64,000 nucleotides of DNA. Source: Candidatus Nanoarchaeia archaeon. Its GTDB lineage: Archaea; Nanobdellota; Nanobdellia; Woesearchaeales; WJIZ01. This document shows positions 27,964 to 38,089 of the stretch, piece after piece. Within the stretch, counting starts at the first letter, position 1. Each line of letters opens with the position of its first letter. The notes beneath the pieces were generated by a model. That model was not told the DNA's origin. It saw only the letters and a list, made by a program, of their open reading frames with translations, and made no database searches. The stretch spans positions 30,976 through 94,975 of the forward strand of contig JANQND010000011.1 of the NCBI GenBank assembly GCA_028279765.1, in the 5' to 3' direction. Both the position numbers and the translations under genes were made by a program.

Positions 27964-29865
27964 CTACTTCAACCGAACCGTATCTAAATTCCTCGGCGCA
28001 GCGGTCTCAATTCTATTTTGCTTGTGAATCGAAGATGCTAAATCAGAACACCGTGAACTCTCGCCGTGGACAATAAGAACTCTTTTCGGTCGCGGATTGC
28101 ATTTATGCACGAAGCTCATCAACTGGTTTCTTCCGGAGTGGCCGGTTAATCCATCAATCGTATGAATTTCTAATTTTACTTTAAGCATATCGGGCTTGGT
28201 TGCCGTACCCATATTGATGTCGCGCTCTCCGCGCTGTATTCGCCTTCCCATAGATCCTTCTCCCTGATAGGATACAAAGGTCATGGTATTCTTTGGATTG
28301 TCTGCAAGATGCTTGAAGTACTCGACAGATGGACCGCCAACAAGCATACCGGAGGTTGCTAAAATTACGCAAGGTCCGGTTTCTTCAATGACTTCCATTC
28401 GCTCTTTTTGCGATCCGATTCGCTTGAACATGGGGTGCAAAAATGGATTATGGTCCTTGTGGAATATGAGTTTTCGAATAGAACTGTTGAGATATTCCGG
28501 ATACGCGGTATGAATTGCAGTAATATCCCATACCATTCCATCAATGATGACAGGAATTTCCTTAATAACATTCGTTCGCACCATCTCTTCGATTACCATC
28601 ATGACTTCCTGCGCTCTTCCTACACCCAGAACCGGGATAAGCACTTTTCCTCCCCTATTAAGAGTGGTACTGATGATATCTTTGATTTGAGCTTCGCACT
28701 CTTTTCTGGTCGGAAGAATATTGTCTCTGCCTCCATATGTCGATTCGATCATTAAGGTTTCTAACCGTGGGAACTCGGAGACCGCAGGCTCTAAGAGCGC
28801 AGTTCTTCCGTATTTCATGTCTGCACCGTAGAGAAGATTATGGAGCCCGTTTCCAATATGAATATGGACCATTGCACTTCCTAAGATATGTCCAGAGTTG
28901 TAGAAGGTGATTCTCATATCCGGCGTAATATCGGTTACTTCATTATAGTCAAGAGTGATGGTTTGCCTTACCGTATTCTTTACTTCTTCAGAAGTATAGA
29001 TGGGTTCTCTTCCTTCATTTCTCATGATTTTAATGAGGTCCAATTGCAGAAGAGACATGACATCTCTTGTAGGAGTGGTACAATAGATCGGTCCACTGTA
29101 TCCGAATTTCACTAAGTAGGGAATTAATGCTGAATGATCAAGATGTGCGTGGCTCACAATGACTGCATCTAATTCGCCTACCTTAAACTCAGGTGCTTCC
29201 AAGTATGGATATGCTTCAGGATTATCAGGAGTAAGCGATGGATCCATTCCGCAATCGAGGAGCACTCGTGATTCCGGGGTATGTAACAGGAAGCATGATC
29301 TTCCAACCTGTCTTCCTGCGCCAAGATAGGTTAATCGTACCCATTCATGCTTTTTCTCCCTCATCCATCCATCGTAGACTCGATGGCCTACTTTATCGAG
29401 GAATTTTCTTCTCCAGTCAGAGTTTTGGTAGAGAACGGAGCGGATGTTCTCGATTAATTTTGATCTAATTGCAGGCTTTCTTCGAATGGTTGGCACCCAC
29501 CTGGTTTTTTCTTTGATTTCTCTAAGCAGAGCTCCCTGCTTTCCGATGGCAAGGCCAGGCTTTTCTGCTTCAATGACCACCATGCTTCTTTGTGGGTCAA
29601 AGATAACCTGATCAATGCCAGCCTCATCAGTGAGAATTCTGCGAATTTCTTTTTCTGCTTCTTCCTGATCGATGGTTATGGATGGATCCGGCCGCAGCTC
29701 GATTCTTTTCTTGACTTTATCGACACACTGCCTAATCAATCCATTGTTATTTAGAAAGAAGTCTTGGTCTTTCGTATATAATACAATATTTGCTCCCTCA
29801 TAGCCTGCTGCTGAGATTTTATCATTAGGCAGGTCCTTGAGGATTTCCTTTATAATGTCAGCCAT
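27964..29865 (-). CDS. aCPSF1/FttA: KH-domain beta-CASP metallo-beta-lactamase ribonuclease (transcription termination factor)
   Basis: N-terminal tandem KH (GKQGALLREIK), MBL motif HAHLDHSALIPY, and beta-CASP motifs. Size 633 aa, typical of aCPSF1. Confidence 0.9.
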   Translation of the reverse strand: MADIIKEILKDLPNDKISAAGYEGANIVLYTKDQDFFLNNNGLIRQCVDKVKKRIELRPDPSITIDQEEAEKEIRRILTDEAGIDQVIFDPQRSMVVIEAEKPGLAIGKQGALLREIKEKTRWVPTIRRKPAIRSKLIENIRSVLYQNSDWRRKFLDKVGHRVYDGWMREKKHEWVRLTYLGAGRQVGRSCFLLHTPESRVLLDCGMDPSLTPDNPEAYPYLEAPEFKVGELDAVIVSHAHLDHSALIPYLVKFGYSGPIYCTTPTRDVMSLLQLDLIKIMRNEGREPIYTSEEVKNTVRQTITLDYNEVTDITPDMRITFYNSGHILGSAMVHIHIGNGLHNLLYGADMKYGRTALLEPAVSEFPRLETLMIESTYGGRDNILPTRKECEAQIKDIISTTLNRGGKVLIPVLGVGRAQEVMMVIEEMVRTNVIKEIPVIIDGMVWDITAIHTAYPEYLNSSIRKLIFHKDHNPFLHPMFKRIGSQKERMEVIEETGPCVILATSGMLVGGPSVEYFKHLADNPKNTMTFVSYQGEGSMGRRIQRGERDINMGTATKPDMLKVKLEIHTIDGLTGHSGRNQLMSFVHKCNPRPKRVLIVHGESSRCSDLASSIHKQNRIETAAPRNLDTVRLK

Positions 29866-29911
29866 TCTGTAACAACTATATGTCTGTTTTCTGTAGAGAG
29901 AACTCTATACT

Positions 29912-30550
29912 TTATTCAATCTTATAGGCAAGTTCCTGCGTTGGCAGGTTATTTACGCCCTCTTTGGTTATTACTGCAATATCGACTCCGTTACCTGAGG
30001 CAACGTCTCGCTGTACTGCAGAGTTAATTGCTTTCTTTGCTACATCCACTGCAAGGTCTGTAGTCATCTCATTCTGGCATAACGCTTCCAGAACTCCATA
30101 GGCCATAACGCTTCCAGAGCCTGAAGATACGAAATCATCGCACTCCATGACGGAACCATCTGCGCCTACATCATAAATATGAAATCCGTACTCATCAACA
30201 CCGGCAACCAGAAAATGGCTTACTCCCGGAATAGTACTGAATTTTCTGATATTGCCATAAACAAGTGATCCTAATAGGTGAACAACTTCCTTTACTGTTG
30301 ATGTTCTGCCTGATCTAATGTCTTTAAGGCTGATTTCTGCCTTGAGAATATTTGCCATTAGCTGAATATCAGAGACCGTACCTGCAGTGGTAACGGAAAT
30401 ATTTGGCGTGATTTGCAGAATCTTGGTTACTTTCTTATGTGCGACTAAATATCCTGCTGTTGCCCGTTTGTCTGCTGCTAATACTACACCGTCTTTGCAT
30501 TTAATAGCAAGCGTTGTAGTTCCTGTTTTTACTATGTTTTCTTGTGCCAT
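29912..30550 (-). CDS. psmB: Proteasome subunit beta
   Basis: Propeptide followed by the catalytic TGTTT N-terminus (MAQENIVK/TGTTTLAIKCKDGVVLAADKR). Confidence 0.9.
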   Translation of the reverse strand: MAQENIVKTGTTTLAIKCKDGVVLAADKRATAGYLVAHKKVTKILQITPNISVTTAGTVSDIQLMANILKAEISLKDIRSGRTSTVKEVVHLLGSLVYGNIRKFSTIPGVSHFLVAGVDEYGFHIYDVGADGSVMECDDFVSSGSGSVMAYGVLEALCQNEMTTDLAVDVAKKAINSAVQRDVASGNGVDIAVITKEGVNNLPTQELAYKIE

Positions 30551-30711
30551 CTATGATCCCACGTTAAAAATTCTTTTTTAAGAATTGATAGTAGCTGGAT
30601 AGTGCGCAGGTAGTATATAAATATTATGGTTTGGATGGTGCTATTCAAATATAACGGTCGCTATGTTACTGACCAAAATTTATTTATATTTGTATTCCAT
30701 TAGCCAGAGAC

Positions 30712-31053
30712 ATGATTTACCCTATATACATAATAGGATGCGCAATTATTTTCATTAGTCTTTACATTAAATGGTTTCGAGAGACCCAAATTATTATAGA
30801 TTATGCTAGACAAAAATATGCTAAAGAATCAGGAGAATTACCCAGGTATGCCTCACTACTGCCTAGCTTGTCATTTAGATACTCAAAGCCCCAAAACAAT
30901 TGGAGAGAGTTACTTAGAAAGCACCCTCAGGATGAGAGGCTACGCAGTGTTAATAGGATTATCCTCAAGTATGGATTGATTAGCTTCTTGGTTTACATCT
31001 TGTTTACTGCTTTTGTGTTTGGTATCGGCTTTCTCTTCTCCACACACATTTGA
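30712..31053 (+). CDS. small membrane protein, hypothetical
   Basis: Two TM segments flank a basic loop. Confidence 0.4.
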   Translation: MIYPIYIIGCAIIFISLYIKWFRETQIIIDYARQKYAKESGELPRYASLLPSLSFRYSKPQNNWRELLRKHPQDERLRSVNRIILKYGLISFLVYILFTAFVFGIGFLFSTHI

Positions 31054-31074
31054 CTTTTGAGGGCAATCTCTCCT

Positions 31075-31443
31075 CTAATCCTTACACTCCTGGCACGTGC
31101 CCCTCACTTCAATTTGAAATGAGGAAATCGTTCCGGGGATCTTACTTTTAAGAAAATCAATGGAGTCTACATCAAAATGAATTACTTGGCCTGTTTTCTC
31201 ACAAATATAATGACAATGGCTTTTCTTGTTATTCGAATAAATAGTGCGCCGATCACACAGATAGGAATGAATGCTGCTTTGCTTTTTTAGATGATTGAGG
31301 TATCGATAAATCGTTGCAATACCAATAGAGGAGTCTTTCTTTTTTACTTTTTCGAGGAGCGATTCAGCAGTAAAGAAATCGGTCAGCTTGTCTATTTCTT
31401 TTTGAATGAGTTCTTTTTGTTTTGTATTTCGTGATTTTTTCAT
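31075..31443 (-). CDS. Fur-family metalloregulator (likely Zur)
   Basis: RNTKQKELI...IATIYRYL wHTH, with HxH and CxxC metal sites (HCHYIC, CQEC). Divergent from the COG0523 GTPase and near znuABC. Confidence 0.75.
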   Translation of the reverse strand: MKKSRNTKQKELIQKEIDKLTDFFTAESLLEKVKKKDSSIGIATIYRYLNHLKKQSSIHSYLCDRRTIYSNNKKSHCHYICEKTGQVIHFDVDSIDFLKSKIPGTISSFQIEVRGTCQECKD

Positions 31444-31518
31444 GGTCTTATTGACATACTCCTTACTGATACTGAAAATCGCTAAGTATTATAAATATTG
31501 CCTATTTACGCTTAAAAC

Positions 31519-32493
31519 ATGAAGAAAATACCTATCACATTAATCACTGGATTTTTAGGTGCGGGGAAAAGTACTTTTGTGAACAGAATTCTTAAAGAAA
31601 GACCTGATATTAAGTTTGGGCTTATCCTTAATGAGTTTGGCGATGTTAAATTAGAAAGCCAGATTGTTGAAGCAAAGGAGGATGAAATAGTTGAGCTTGA
31701 AAATGGGTGCATGTGCTGTGTTGGTCGCTCTGATATTGTTGACAGCGTAGTAAATATTCTTAGAGCTCAACCTCAGTTAGATCATATTATTATAGAAGCA
31801 TCGGGCCTCTCCGATCCTGTTCCGATTGCGCAAACCTTAATGACTATGCCAAGATCAACTGAATTTGACCTGAAGGTTAATCTTGAGACCATTATTTGCA
31901 TTGTTGATGCCCTTAATTTCAGTTTTGCTGAGCAAGATTTCATTATAACAACAAAACAGCTAGAGTTTGCCAGCTTTATTGTTTTTACGAAAACCAAGGA
32001 AGCAGGCATTGAACAAACCGAAAAGGTCCGAGCGCAGATTCAGGCATTAGCTGGCAGAGTGTCATTTCATGATTATGAGGCACTTGACCTTGATGATCTT
32101 CTGGACTGCTCTACTGTCGATCATTCTGATATTGCAGCGCTTGAGATCGAACATGGTCATCATGGAAAAGACACCAAGCATAAACATCATCATGTACATG
32201 AGCATGTAACCAAACTCTTCTACAAGTCAAAAAAACCTCTTGATTATAAGAAATTTTTAGATTTTCTCCAAAGCTTCCCGCAAGAAATCATTCGCGCAAA
32301 AGGTATCGTGCATTTCCCCGGCAAGCACTCTGAACTAAAAGTAGTAGTGCAGTGCGTGGGATCACGAAGGGATGGCATTTTGCAGAACTGGAAGGAAGGC
32401 GAAGAAAAACAGAATGCCATTGTTTTTTTGGGCAAGGAATTTGATAAGCAGGCAGTGGAAGATGCGCTGAAAGCGTGTGAGGAACAGAGCTAA
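31519..32493 (+). CDS. COG0523/CobW-family G3E GTPase (zinc metallochaperone ZigA/YciC-like)
   Basis: P-loop GFLGAGKST, CxCC motif GCMCCV, and a His-rich stretch [18 protein letters not shown]. Confidence 0.85.
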   Translation: MKKIPITLITGFLGAGKSTFVNRILKERPDIKFGLILNEFGDVKLESQIVEAKEDEIVELENGCMCCVGRSDIVDSVVNILRAQPQLDHIIIEASGLSDPVPIAQTLMTMPRSTEFDLKVNLETIICIVDALNFSFAEQDFIITTKQLEFASFIVFTKTKEAGIEQTEKVRAQIQALAGRVSFHDYEALDLDDLLDCSTVDHSDIAALEIEHGHHGKDTKHKHHHVHEHVTKLFYKSKKPLDYKKFLDFLQSFPQEIIRAKGIVHFPGKHSELKVVVQCVGSRRDGILQNWKEGEEKQNAIVFLGKEFDKQAVEDALKACEEQS

Positions 32494-32622
32494 TTTCTTA
32501 CTGAAAATCTCTAGCGAGGTTTTCAATTCCAAAAATTTGCTTAGACAGCTAATGAACAAATTTTTGTTATTGATAATGAGCATCAATAACACTTATATAA
32601 TTAGGTTCTCCTAACTGACTCA

Positions 32623-34863
32623 GTGGTTGAGGCACTAACAGTATCTGAGACAGAAATCGAGGGCATTCCTTCTCTTATTGATGATCTTTCACAGACAATA
32701 GACAAGAAATCTTCGGATAGAGCCAGTTTGCGAAAGTCACCAATCTCTCATAAGAAGGAGAAGACAAAAAAGAAGAAAGGAAAAAAGAAAAAAACAGTTG
32801 AAAAAGCTGAAGAATTAAAGGAACCTACGAAGGAGTCAAAAAAAGAGAAGTCCAGAAAAAATACAAAGAACAAAAAAAAGAAATCAGAAAAAAAATCCTC
32901 CTCTGAAAAGGATTCATCAGATGAAGGATCAGAAAATTCAAACCATATTAGCATAACCTATACCAGGGAGAAGCAACTAGCTGCGTATAGGTCATCTACT
33001 TCTGAAGTACACTCGAACGAAAGCCAGCATCAATTTTACCGCACTTCCAAAGAAACACATCTGGGACTACTCACAGAGACGGATCATGTACTTATTGATT
33101 ATGTGTCGGGAGACAAACAACTGTCTATGCAGTACGATCGAATTGAGCAAGTTAGTCAAAAAACGAGCACCAGTAATTATGAGTCATTAGATCAGGCGAT
33201 TCATATTGATGCTGCAACTCGTGAAACCAAAACCATAGAGGAAAAAACGGTTAGATACCAGTCTGTAGACCAATCCACAGAAGCAATTACGATAGCTCAC
33301 AGTCAGGATAGTTCTCTTGAATCAACAGTGGTGGAGTATTCGTCATCACAGTCAGTTTCAGTTGTTAGCACAGACATAGCAACTCACACTGATCAGGGAG
33401 AATCTCACCTCTACCAGCAGCAGAATCAACAGAGTGAAAATGTGCAGGCAAGTGATGCTGCACCATATTCAGGCTCTTCATCTCAGGCTTCTGCAAACGA
33501 ACAAGTACATGCGGAGACTACTACTGCTCCGACACAAGATCTTTCTCTTGAGCAGGCTGCCGCTGCTTATACAGCTTCCGACTCTTCTGCTTTGTCCAGT
33601 TCTGATCCTTTGGTTCTTGCTACTGAAGAACCTGCAGCATCTCACTATCAGGCTGGTGCAGAGAGCACCACTACCGCTGCTCCTACTCAAGACTTTACCC
33701 TTGAGCAAGCCGCTATTGCCTATACAAACTCCGATACTATTGATATTGCTAGTTTTGATTCTGCTTTACAGGTTACTGAACAACAGATAGAAACTCAGTA
33801 CCAAGCTAATACAGAGGGCACTACTATCACTGCCCCTTCACAGGACCTAACGCTTGAGCAGGCTGCCACTGCTTATACAAACTCCGCTACTTTTGATCTT
33901 GCTAATTTTGATTCAGCTTTGGAGGCTACTGAACATTTACGAGATTCAAATCAAGGAGTGCAGGTCTCGCAAGAATTGGAACAGATTACTCAAAAGGAGG
34001 CGGTCCAATATCAAACAGGACAAACCAGTCAACAAGCTGAAACTCAGACAGTTGTACAAGATTCTCAGCAACAAAATGAAAGATATAGCAGTGGCAGTAA
34101 CAATCTTGAGCAAATAACAGTAGCTCCTTCTGGTGATAAGGAAATCCAATCAGTTCAGAATAAAACTGCATCAGCCAACGTAGAGGTGCAAAAGGAGAGT
34201 AATTACCGGTCAAGCGAGGCAGCTTCCAATGCCAGTGAAACAACACCTGTATATCGAGATTCTCAGTCACAGACTACAGCCGCCCAAAGTAGCTATAGGG
34301 AATCTTCTTCGTCCATTGATCAGGTGACAGGATCAACACCGTATACTCGGGAATCATCAGGAAGTCCAGAATCAGGATACAAGTCTCAATCAAGTAGCTA
34401 TACTCAAACTGAAACCTCGACTTCTTCATCAACTGTTGAAGTAGTGACCAGTATAGATGAAGTCACTGATAAAGCTCAAGACAACTATTCAGCTGAACCC
34501 TCTCTTGGAGAGCATGGCCATAACGGTCAAGATGATGGCCCGATGTATAATGGGGGAGAAGGGGATCATCCATATGATGGCGGTTGTGGGTGTGGTGCTT
34601 GCGCGACAGCTGGCTCTTCTCCTGTTGTATCCATGACGGAAGAGGGCGAAAAAGCGTATACTTCAGCGACAGAATTTAGCAATACTTCTCATAATTCAGA
34701 TAACGGGCAACCTGACTCGGGAGGAGATTATTCAGCTGATGCCCTGGCGGATATATTTAATATAGATATTGGGGCAAATGTTGATGATGCCAAAAAAGAC
34801 GCAGATCTTTGTGGCTGTGGTTGCGGAACGGAAGTTTACAAATCCTTAGAACCAATGCAGTAA
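32623..34863 (+). CDS. large intrinsically disordered K-rich/acidic Ser-Thr-Gln-rich repeat protein with C-terminal CGCG motifs
   Basis: 746-aa ORF from an apparent GTG start about 25 nt after a TATA-like box. Lys-rich N-terminal region, three imperfect 48-aa tandem repeats (TTAPTQDLSLEQAAAAYT...), C-terminal GGCGCGAC and CGCGCGTE. No signal peptide seen. Confidence 0.55.
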   Translation: MVEALTVSETEIEGIPSLIDDLSQTIDKKSSDRASLRKSPISHKKEKTKKKKGKKKKTVEKAEELKEPTKESKKEKSRKNTKNKKKKSEKKSSSEKDSSDEGSENSNHISITYTREKQLAAYRSSTSEVHSNESQHQFYRTSKETHLGLLTETDHVLIDYVSGDKQLSMQYDRIEQVSQKTSTSNYESLDQAIHIDAATRETKTIEEKTVRYQSVDQSTEAITIAHSQDSSLESTVVEYSSSQSVSVVSTDIATHTDQGESHLYQQQNQQSENVQASDAAPYSGSSSQASANEQVHAETTTAPTQDLSLEQAAAAYTASDSSALSSSDPLVLATEEPAASHYQAGAESTTTAAPTQDFTLEQAAIAYTNSDTIDIASFDSALQVTEQQIETQYQANTEGTTITAPSQDLTLEQAATAYTNSATFDLANFDSALEATEHLRDSNQGVQVSQELEQITQKEAVQYQTGQTSQQAETQTVVQDSQQQNERYSSGSNNLEQITVAPSGDKEIQSVQNKTASANVEVQKESNYRSSEAASNASETTPVYRDSQSQTTAAQSSYRESSSSIDQVTGSTPYTRESSGSPESGYKSQSSSYTQTETSTSSSTVEVVTSIDEVTDKAQDNYSAEPSLGEHGHNGQDDGPMYNGGEGDHPYDGGCGCGACATAGSSPVVSMTEEGEKAYTSATEFSNTSHNSDNGQPDSGGDYSADALADIFNIDIGANVDDAKKDADLCGCGCGTEVYKSLEPMQ
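33520..33960 (+). repeat. three imperfect tandem repeats of about 145 nt within the coding sequence
   Basis: Repeated units begin actactgctccgacacaagatctttctcttgagcaggctgcc, actaccgctgctcctactcaagactttacccttgagcaagccgct, and actatcactgccccttcacaggacctaacgcttgagcaggctgcc. Confidence 0.7.
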
Positions 34864-34930
34864 GTAGTATGAGCTTATTGATAATGACAATCAACAAGCT
34901 TATTAAATAGCTATTTGTTTCTTTCTAAAA

Positions 34931-35959
34931 ATGATAATTGATCTAGAGCATAGTGCTAAACTAGTTGAAGATAAGCTTACTGGGGTAAGTAGTATTGACG
35001 AGGTGACAACTAACGCAGCACAGATAATTCTAACTTTGGCGCCCGATAAAGACAGAACAAATACAATTGATGAAACATTTGAACCAGCTACAAATTTGTT
35101 GAATATTCAGGAGGCATTAAATGCAATAGGATTCACTTTCGCAAAAGAGGTATCACCTTATCTCAGCTCGAACTCAGATAACGATAATGCTAAGAAAATT
35201 AATTACTGGTTCCAGCAAATTGGTCCTGTATTAAAAACAACAACAGACCAGATAAAAAAAGCCGGAAATGGATTTTGCAACCAGTCGATGATTCTTGAAG
35301 ATTTTGTCTCCGTTCAGGAAAAACCAAAAATATTGACAGAACAAGGGATGACGAGATATGCTGCAGAGCATTGGGACCATTATGTGGCAGATGGAACAAC
35401 ATCCACCATCAAGATATCACTTGATAAAAGGAAAGGTAAAGAGCCCAAGTTGGCTGATTTGGCTAATCGAGATGCGATATATCAGCAAAGATTTTTTGAA
35501 TGGAGTGAACAGAAAAATTGCTTAGATAGAGGACTGGAGGATGTTTCTTCTCATTGCCATGCTTCAGATCTAAAGTTAACACCCCCGACGCAGAAAAATA
35601 GCATGTATGAACTCATGGACACTGAACTTGCTCACTTACGTGATGCAGCCTATGTGGCTGCTCCACATGGCAGTTTAATACTTGCACAGTACGACAATGC
35701 GTGTACTAATGGAGCAGTCAACGGAACTACTCAATCCGAAAGACAAGCAGCAGGAATTGGCTCTTCACTAGTTGCAGATAGGATGTTTGCCTTGTCAGGA
35801 TTTTTTGGGACCCTTAGCGGCGGATTAACTGATCAGGCAAAAGCTGCTAAAACAGGTCTAATGAAAATCTCTCATTATATGGCTGCTATGGGTACTTACA
35901 TGACTGCATCACTTGATGCTATGGGACCTGTTATCAAATCAGTACCATTTGGGGAGTAA
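34931..35959 (+). CDS. hypothetical protein (342 aa)
   Basis: No recognisable motifs. Co-directional with and immediately downstream of the disordered repeat protein. Confidence 0.45.
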   Translation: MIIDLEHSAKLVEDKLTGVSSIDEVTTNAAQIILTLAPDKDRTNTIDETFEPATNLLNIQEALNAIGFTFAKEVSPYLSSNSDNDNAKKINYWFQQIGPVLKTTTDQIKKAGNGFCNQSMILEDFVSVQEKPKILTEQGMTRYAAEHWDHYVADGTTSTIKISLDKRKGKEPKLADLANRDAIYQQRFFEWSEQKNCLDRGLEDVSSHCHASDLKLTPPTQKNSMYELMDTELAHLRDAAYVAAPHGSLILAQYDNACTNGAVNGTTQSERQAAGIGSSLVADRMFALSGFFGTLSGGLTDQAKAAKTGLMKISHYMAAMGTYMTASLDAMGPVIKSVPFGE

Positions 35960-36094
35960 TTGGTATTACAAACGATAATTCTTTTGCACTTTTTATCCGC
36001 ATTCTTTGTGGAGCAACCTTTGCAAAGGAGGCAATCATTTCAGATTTCTTATTTGACCACAGGTTTAATGGGTATGCCAAAAACATCAAACTTA

Positions 36095-36115
36095 ATTCTT
36101 ATTGAGAGTAAGAAT
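36095..36115. promoter_or_regulatory. 7-7-7 palindrome ATTCTTA-n7-TAAGAAT upstream of znuA (candidate Zur operator)
   Basis: Perfect 7-bp inverted arms abutting a TATA-like atatatttaaat box, about 70 nt upstream of the znuA start. Confidence 0.35.
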
Positions 36116-36184
36116 CAGTAATATATTTAAATGCTGTTGATTTCATTCGTCCCTAAGACTGAATACTATTCAGGGGGTTTTACA

Positions 36185-37309
36185 ATGAAAAAAACAATAC
36201 TATTACTATTTACCTTGGTTGCTCTCTTTCTTTTTGGATGCAGCCAAGCAACCGTTACTCAGGCGCCTGAGAAACAGGGAGATAAGCTTACGGTTGTTAC
36301 CACGTTATTTCCTTTGTACGAATTTGCCAGGGAAATCGGCGGCGATAATGTTGACGTAACGCTGCTTTTGCCACCGGGTGTTGAGCCTCATTCTTTTGAG
36401 CCAAAACCAAGTGATATTAAGAAAATTGAAAATGCTGATGCTTTCTTGTATATTGGCGAGATTATGGAGCCCTGGGCTCATGATATTCTTGAAGGGTTAA
36501 GCAATAAAGATCTTCAGGTTGTTGATGCCAGTAGCTTAGTGACACTTCTGGAAAGCAATCATGATGATCACGATGAACATGGACATGAAGAACATGGTGA
36601 TGAACATGATCACGCGGAAGACCATGCAGAGGAACACCATGATGAAGAACACGGTCATGATCATAAAGAAGAAGATCTTATGCACGATGAACACGATCAT
36701 GAAGATGAACATGGAGATGAAGGTCATATGCATGATGAGCACGAAGAAGAGGGGCACGATCATCACAACCACGGAGCATTTGATCCGCACATCTGGCTTG
36801 ACCTAGAAAAGGATCAGAAGATAGTTGCAGAAATTGCCAAAGTGTTTAGTTTGCTGGATAATGCGAATGCAGATGTGTATCAGACTAATGCAAATGCATA
36901 TATTGCAAAATTGATAGCTCTTGATGAGCGATACAAAACAGAATTGGCCTCTTGCAGCCATGATGAATTCCTTGTTGGAGGACACAATTTCTTTGGATAT
37001 ATTGAGCATCGGTACAACATTGAAGGAATTCCTGCTATCGAGAATCTTGCACCAAAAACCGAACCTACGCCAAAAAGGATCCAGGAGATTACAGATATTG
37101 CAAATGAGCACGGAATTAAGCATATTCTCACTGAGGTGCTCGTGAGCAAACAAATGGCAGAGGCAATCGCCTCAGAGTCAGGAGCAGAGGTTCTCGTATT
37201 CCATCCGGCACCAAATCTACCTAAAGCAGATTTGGATCGGGGTGTTACTTTTCTTTCGGTAATGGAGGAAAACCTTGAAACCCTGAAGACGGCACTGGAG
37301 TGCAGTTAG
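36185..37309 (+). CDS. znuA: Zinc ABC transporter substrate-binding lipoprotein ZnuA-like
   Basis: Signal peptide with lipobox-like LFGC, TroA-like SBP, and a long His/Asp/Glu-rich loop characteristic of ZnuA. Start trimmed to MKKTILLL. Confidence 0.85.
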   Translation: MKKTILLLFTLVALFLFGCSQATVTQAPEKQGDKLTVVTTLFPLYEFAREIGGDNVDVTLLLPPGVEPHSFEPKPSDIKKIENADAFLYIGEIMEPWAHDILEGLSNKDLQVVDASSLVTLLESNHDDHDEHGHEEHGDEHDHAEDHAEEHHDEEHGHDHKEEDLMHDEHDHEDEHGDEGHMHDEHEEEGHDHHNHGAFDPHIWLDLEKDQKIVAEIAKVFSLLDNANADVYQTNANAYIAKLIALDERYKTELASCSHDEFLVGGHNFFGYIEHRYNIEGIPAIENLAPKTEPTPKRIQEITDIANEHGIKHILTEVLVSKQMAEAIASESGAEVLVFHPAPNLPKADLDRGVTFLSVMEENLETLKTALECS

Positions 37310-38089
37310 ATGGACAGTCTTGTCGACATTAGGAACCTAAGTTTTCATTTCGGAAGCACGACTGTGCTTTCCAATATTAGTTTTTCCATCAACAAAGGAG
37401 ACTTTGTGGGATTAATAGGCCCTAATGGTTCGGGCAAGACAACGCTGATCAAACTGCTGCTTGGATTATACAAGATCCAAAAAGGAATAATCAGGATTAA
37501 TGGAAAAGAGATTTCTCATTTTTCTGATTGGGGAACCATTGGTTATGTGCCTCAAAAGGTTACGAACTTTTCAGATACCTTTCCAGCTACTGTTCAGGAG
37601 ATAGTCCTGACAGGTTGCCTTTCGAATAAGAAATTTCCTAGAAGATATACTTCTGAGGATCGCAAGACAACACTTGATGCTTTAAAGAAAGTTGAAATGC
37701 AAGGATTCCTCAACAGACGAATCGGGGAGCTTTCGGGAGGACAGCAGCAGCGGGTTTTCATTGCCCGAGCTTTGGTAACCAGGCCTGATCTCTTAATTCT
37801 TGATGAACCCACGACTGGTGTAGATCAAGTGACACAGAACAAGTTTTATGATATGCTTGGTGCATTGAACAAAGAGGGAATCAGCATAGTTCTTGTTTCT
37901 CATGATCTCGGGAGAATTACGCGACATGTTACCAAAGTTGCCAGCCTCAATAAAAAACTTGATTTTTACGGAACTCATGAAGAATTTTGCAGCCACCCGG
38001 ATCATGATGCAGATCATCACTGCTTAACTATCAAGCATGGGTCTGATTGTAAAGAACCCCACTGCGCAAAGGAGTCACCAAGATGCTAG
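37310..38089 (+). CDS. znuC: Zinc ABC transporter ATP-binding protein ZnuC-like
   Basis: Walker A GPNGSGKTT, signature LSGGQQQRV, Walker B LLILDEP. The C-terminus is Cys/His-rich (HPDHDADHHC...CKEPHC). Confidence 0.85.
   Translation: MDSLVDIRNLSFHFGSTTVLSNISFSINKGDFVGLIGPNGSGKTTLIKLLLGLYKIQKGIIRINGKEISHFSDWGTIGYVPQKVTNFSDTFPATVQEIVLTGCLSNKKFPRRYTSEDRKTTLDALKKVEMQGFLNRRIGELSGGQQQRVFIARALVTRPDLLILDEPTTGVDQVTQNKFYDMLGALNKEGISIVLVSHDLGRITRHVTKVASLNKKLDFYGTHEEFCSHPDHDADHHCLTIKHGSDCKEPHCAKESPRC

Noticed and set aside
28181-29468. Several short ORFs on both strands within the aCPSF1 gene.
   Set aside because: They are embedded in or opposite the confidently called 633-aa beta-CASP ribonuclease gene.
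31444-31518. Zur box in the fur/COG0523 divergent promoter.
   Set aside because: Only AT-rich TATA-like sequence and weak partial palindromes were found. Nothing matches the znuA-upstream palindrome convincingly.
33434-34270. Leu-rich ORFs in alternative frames and antisense ORFs within the 746-aa disordered-protein gene.
   Set aside because: They are frame-shifted readings of the low-complexity repeat region. The long main frame is far less likely by chance in an AT-rich genome.
36536-36806. ORFs on both strands (MRIKCSVVVMIV..., MMITMNMDMK...) inside znuA.
   Set aside because: They are artefacts of the repetitive His/Asp/Glu codon tract (cat/gat/gaa repeats) encoding the ZnuA metal-binding loop.
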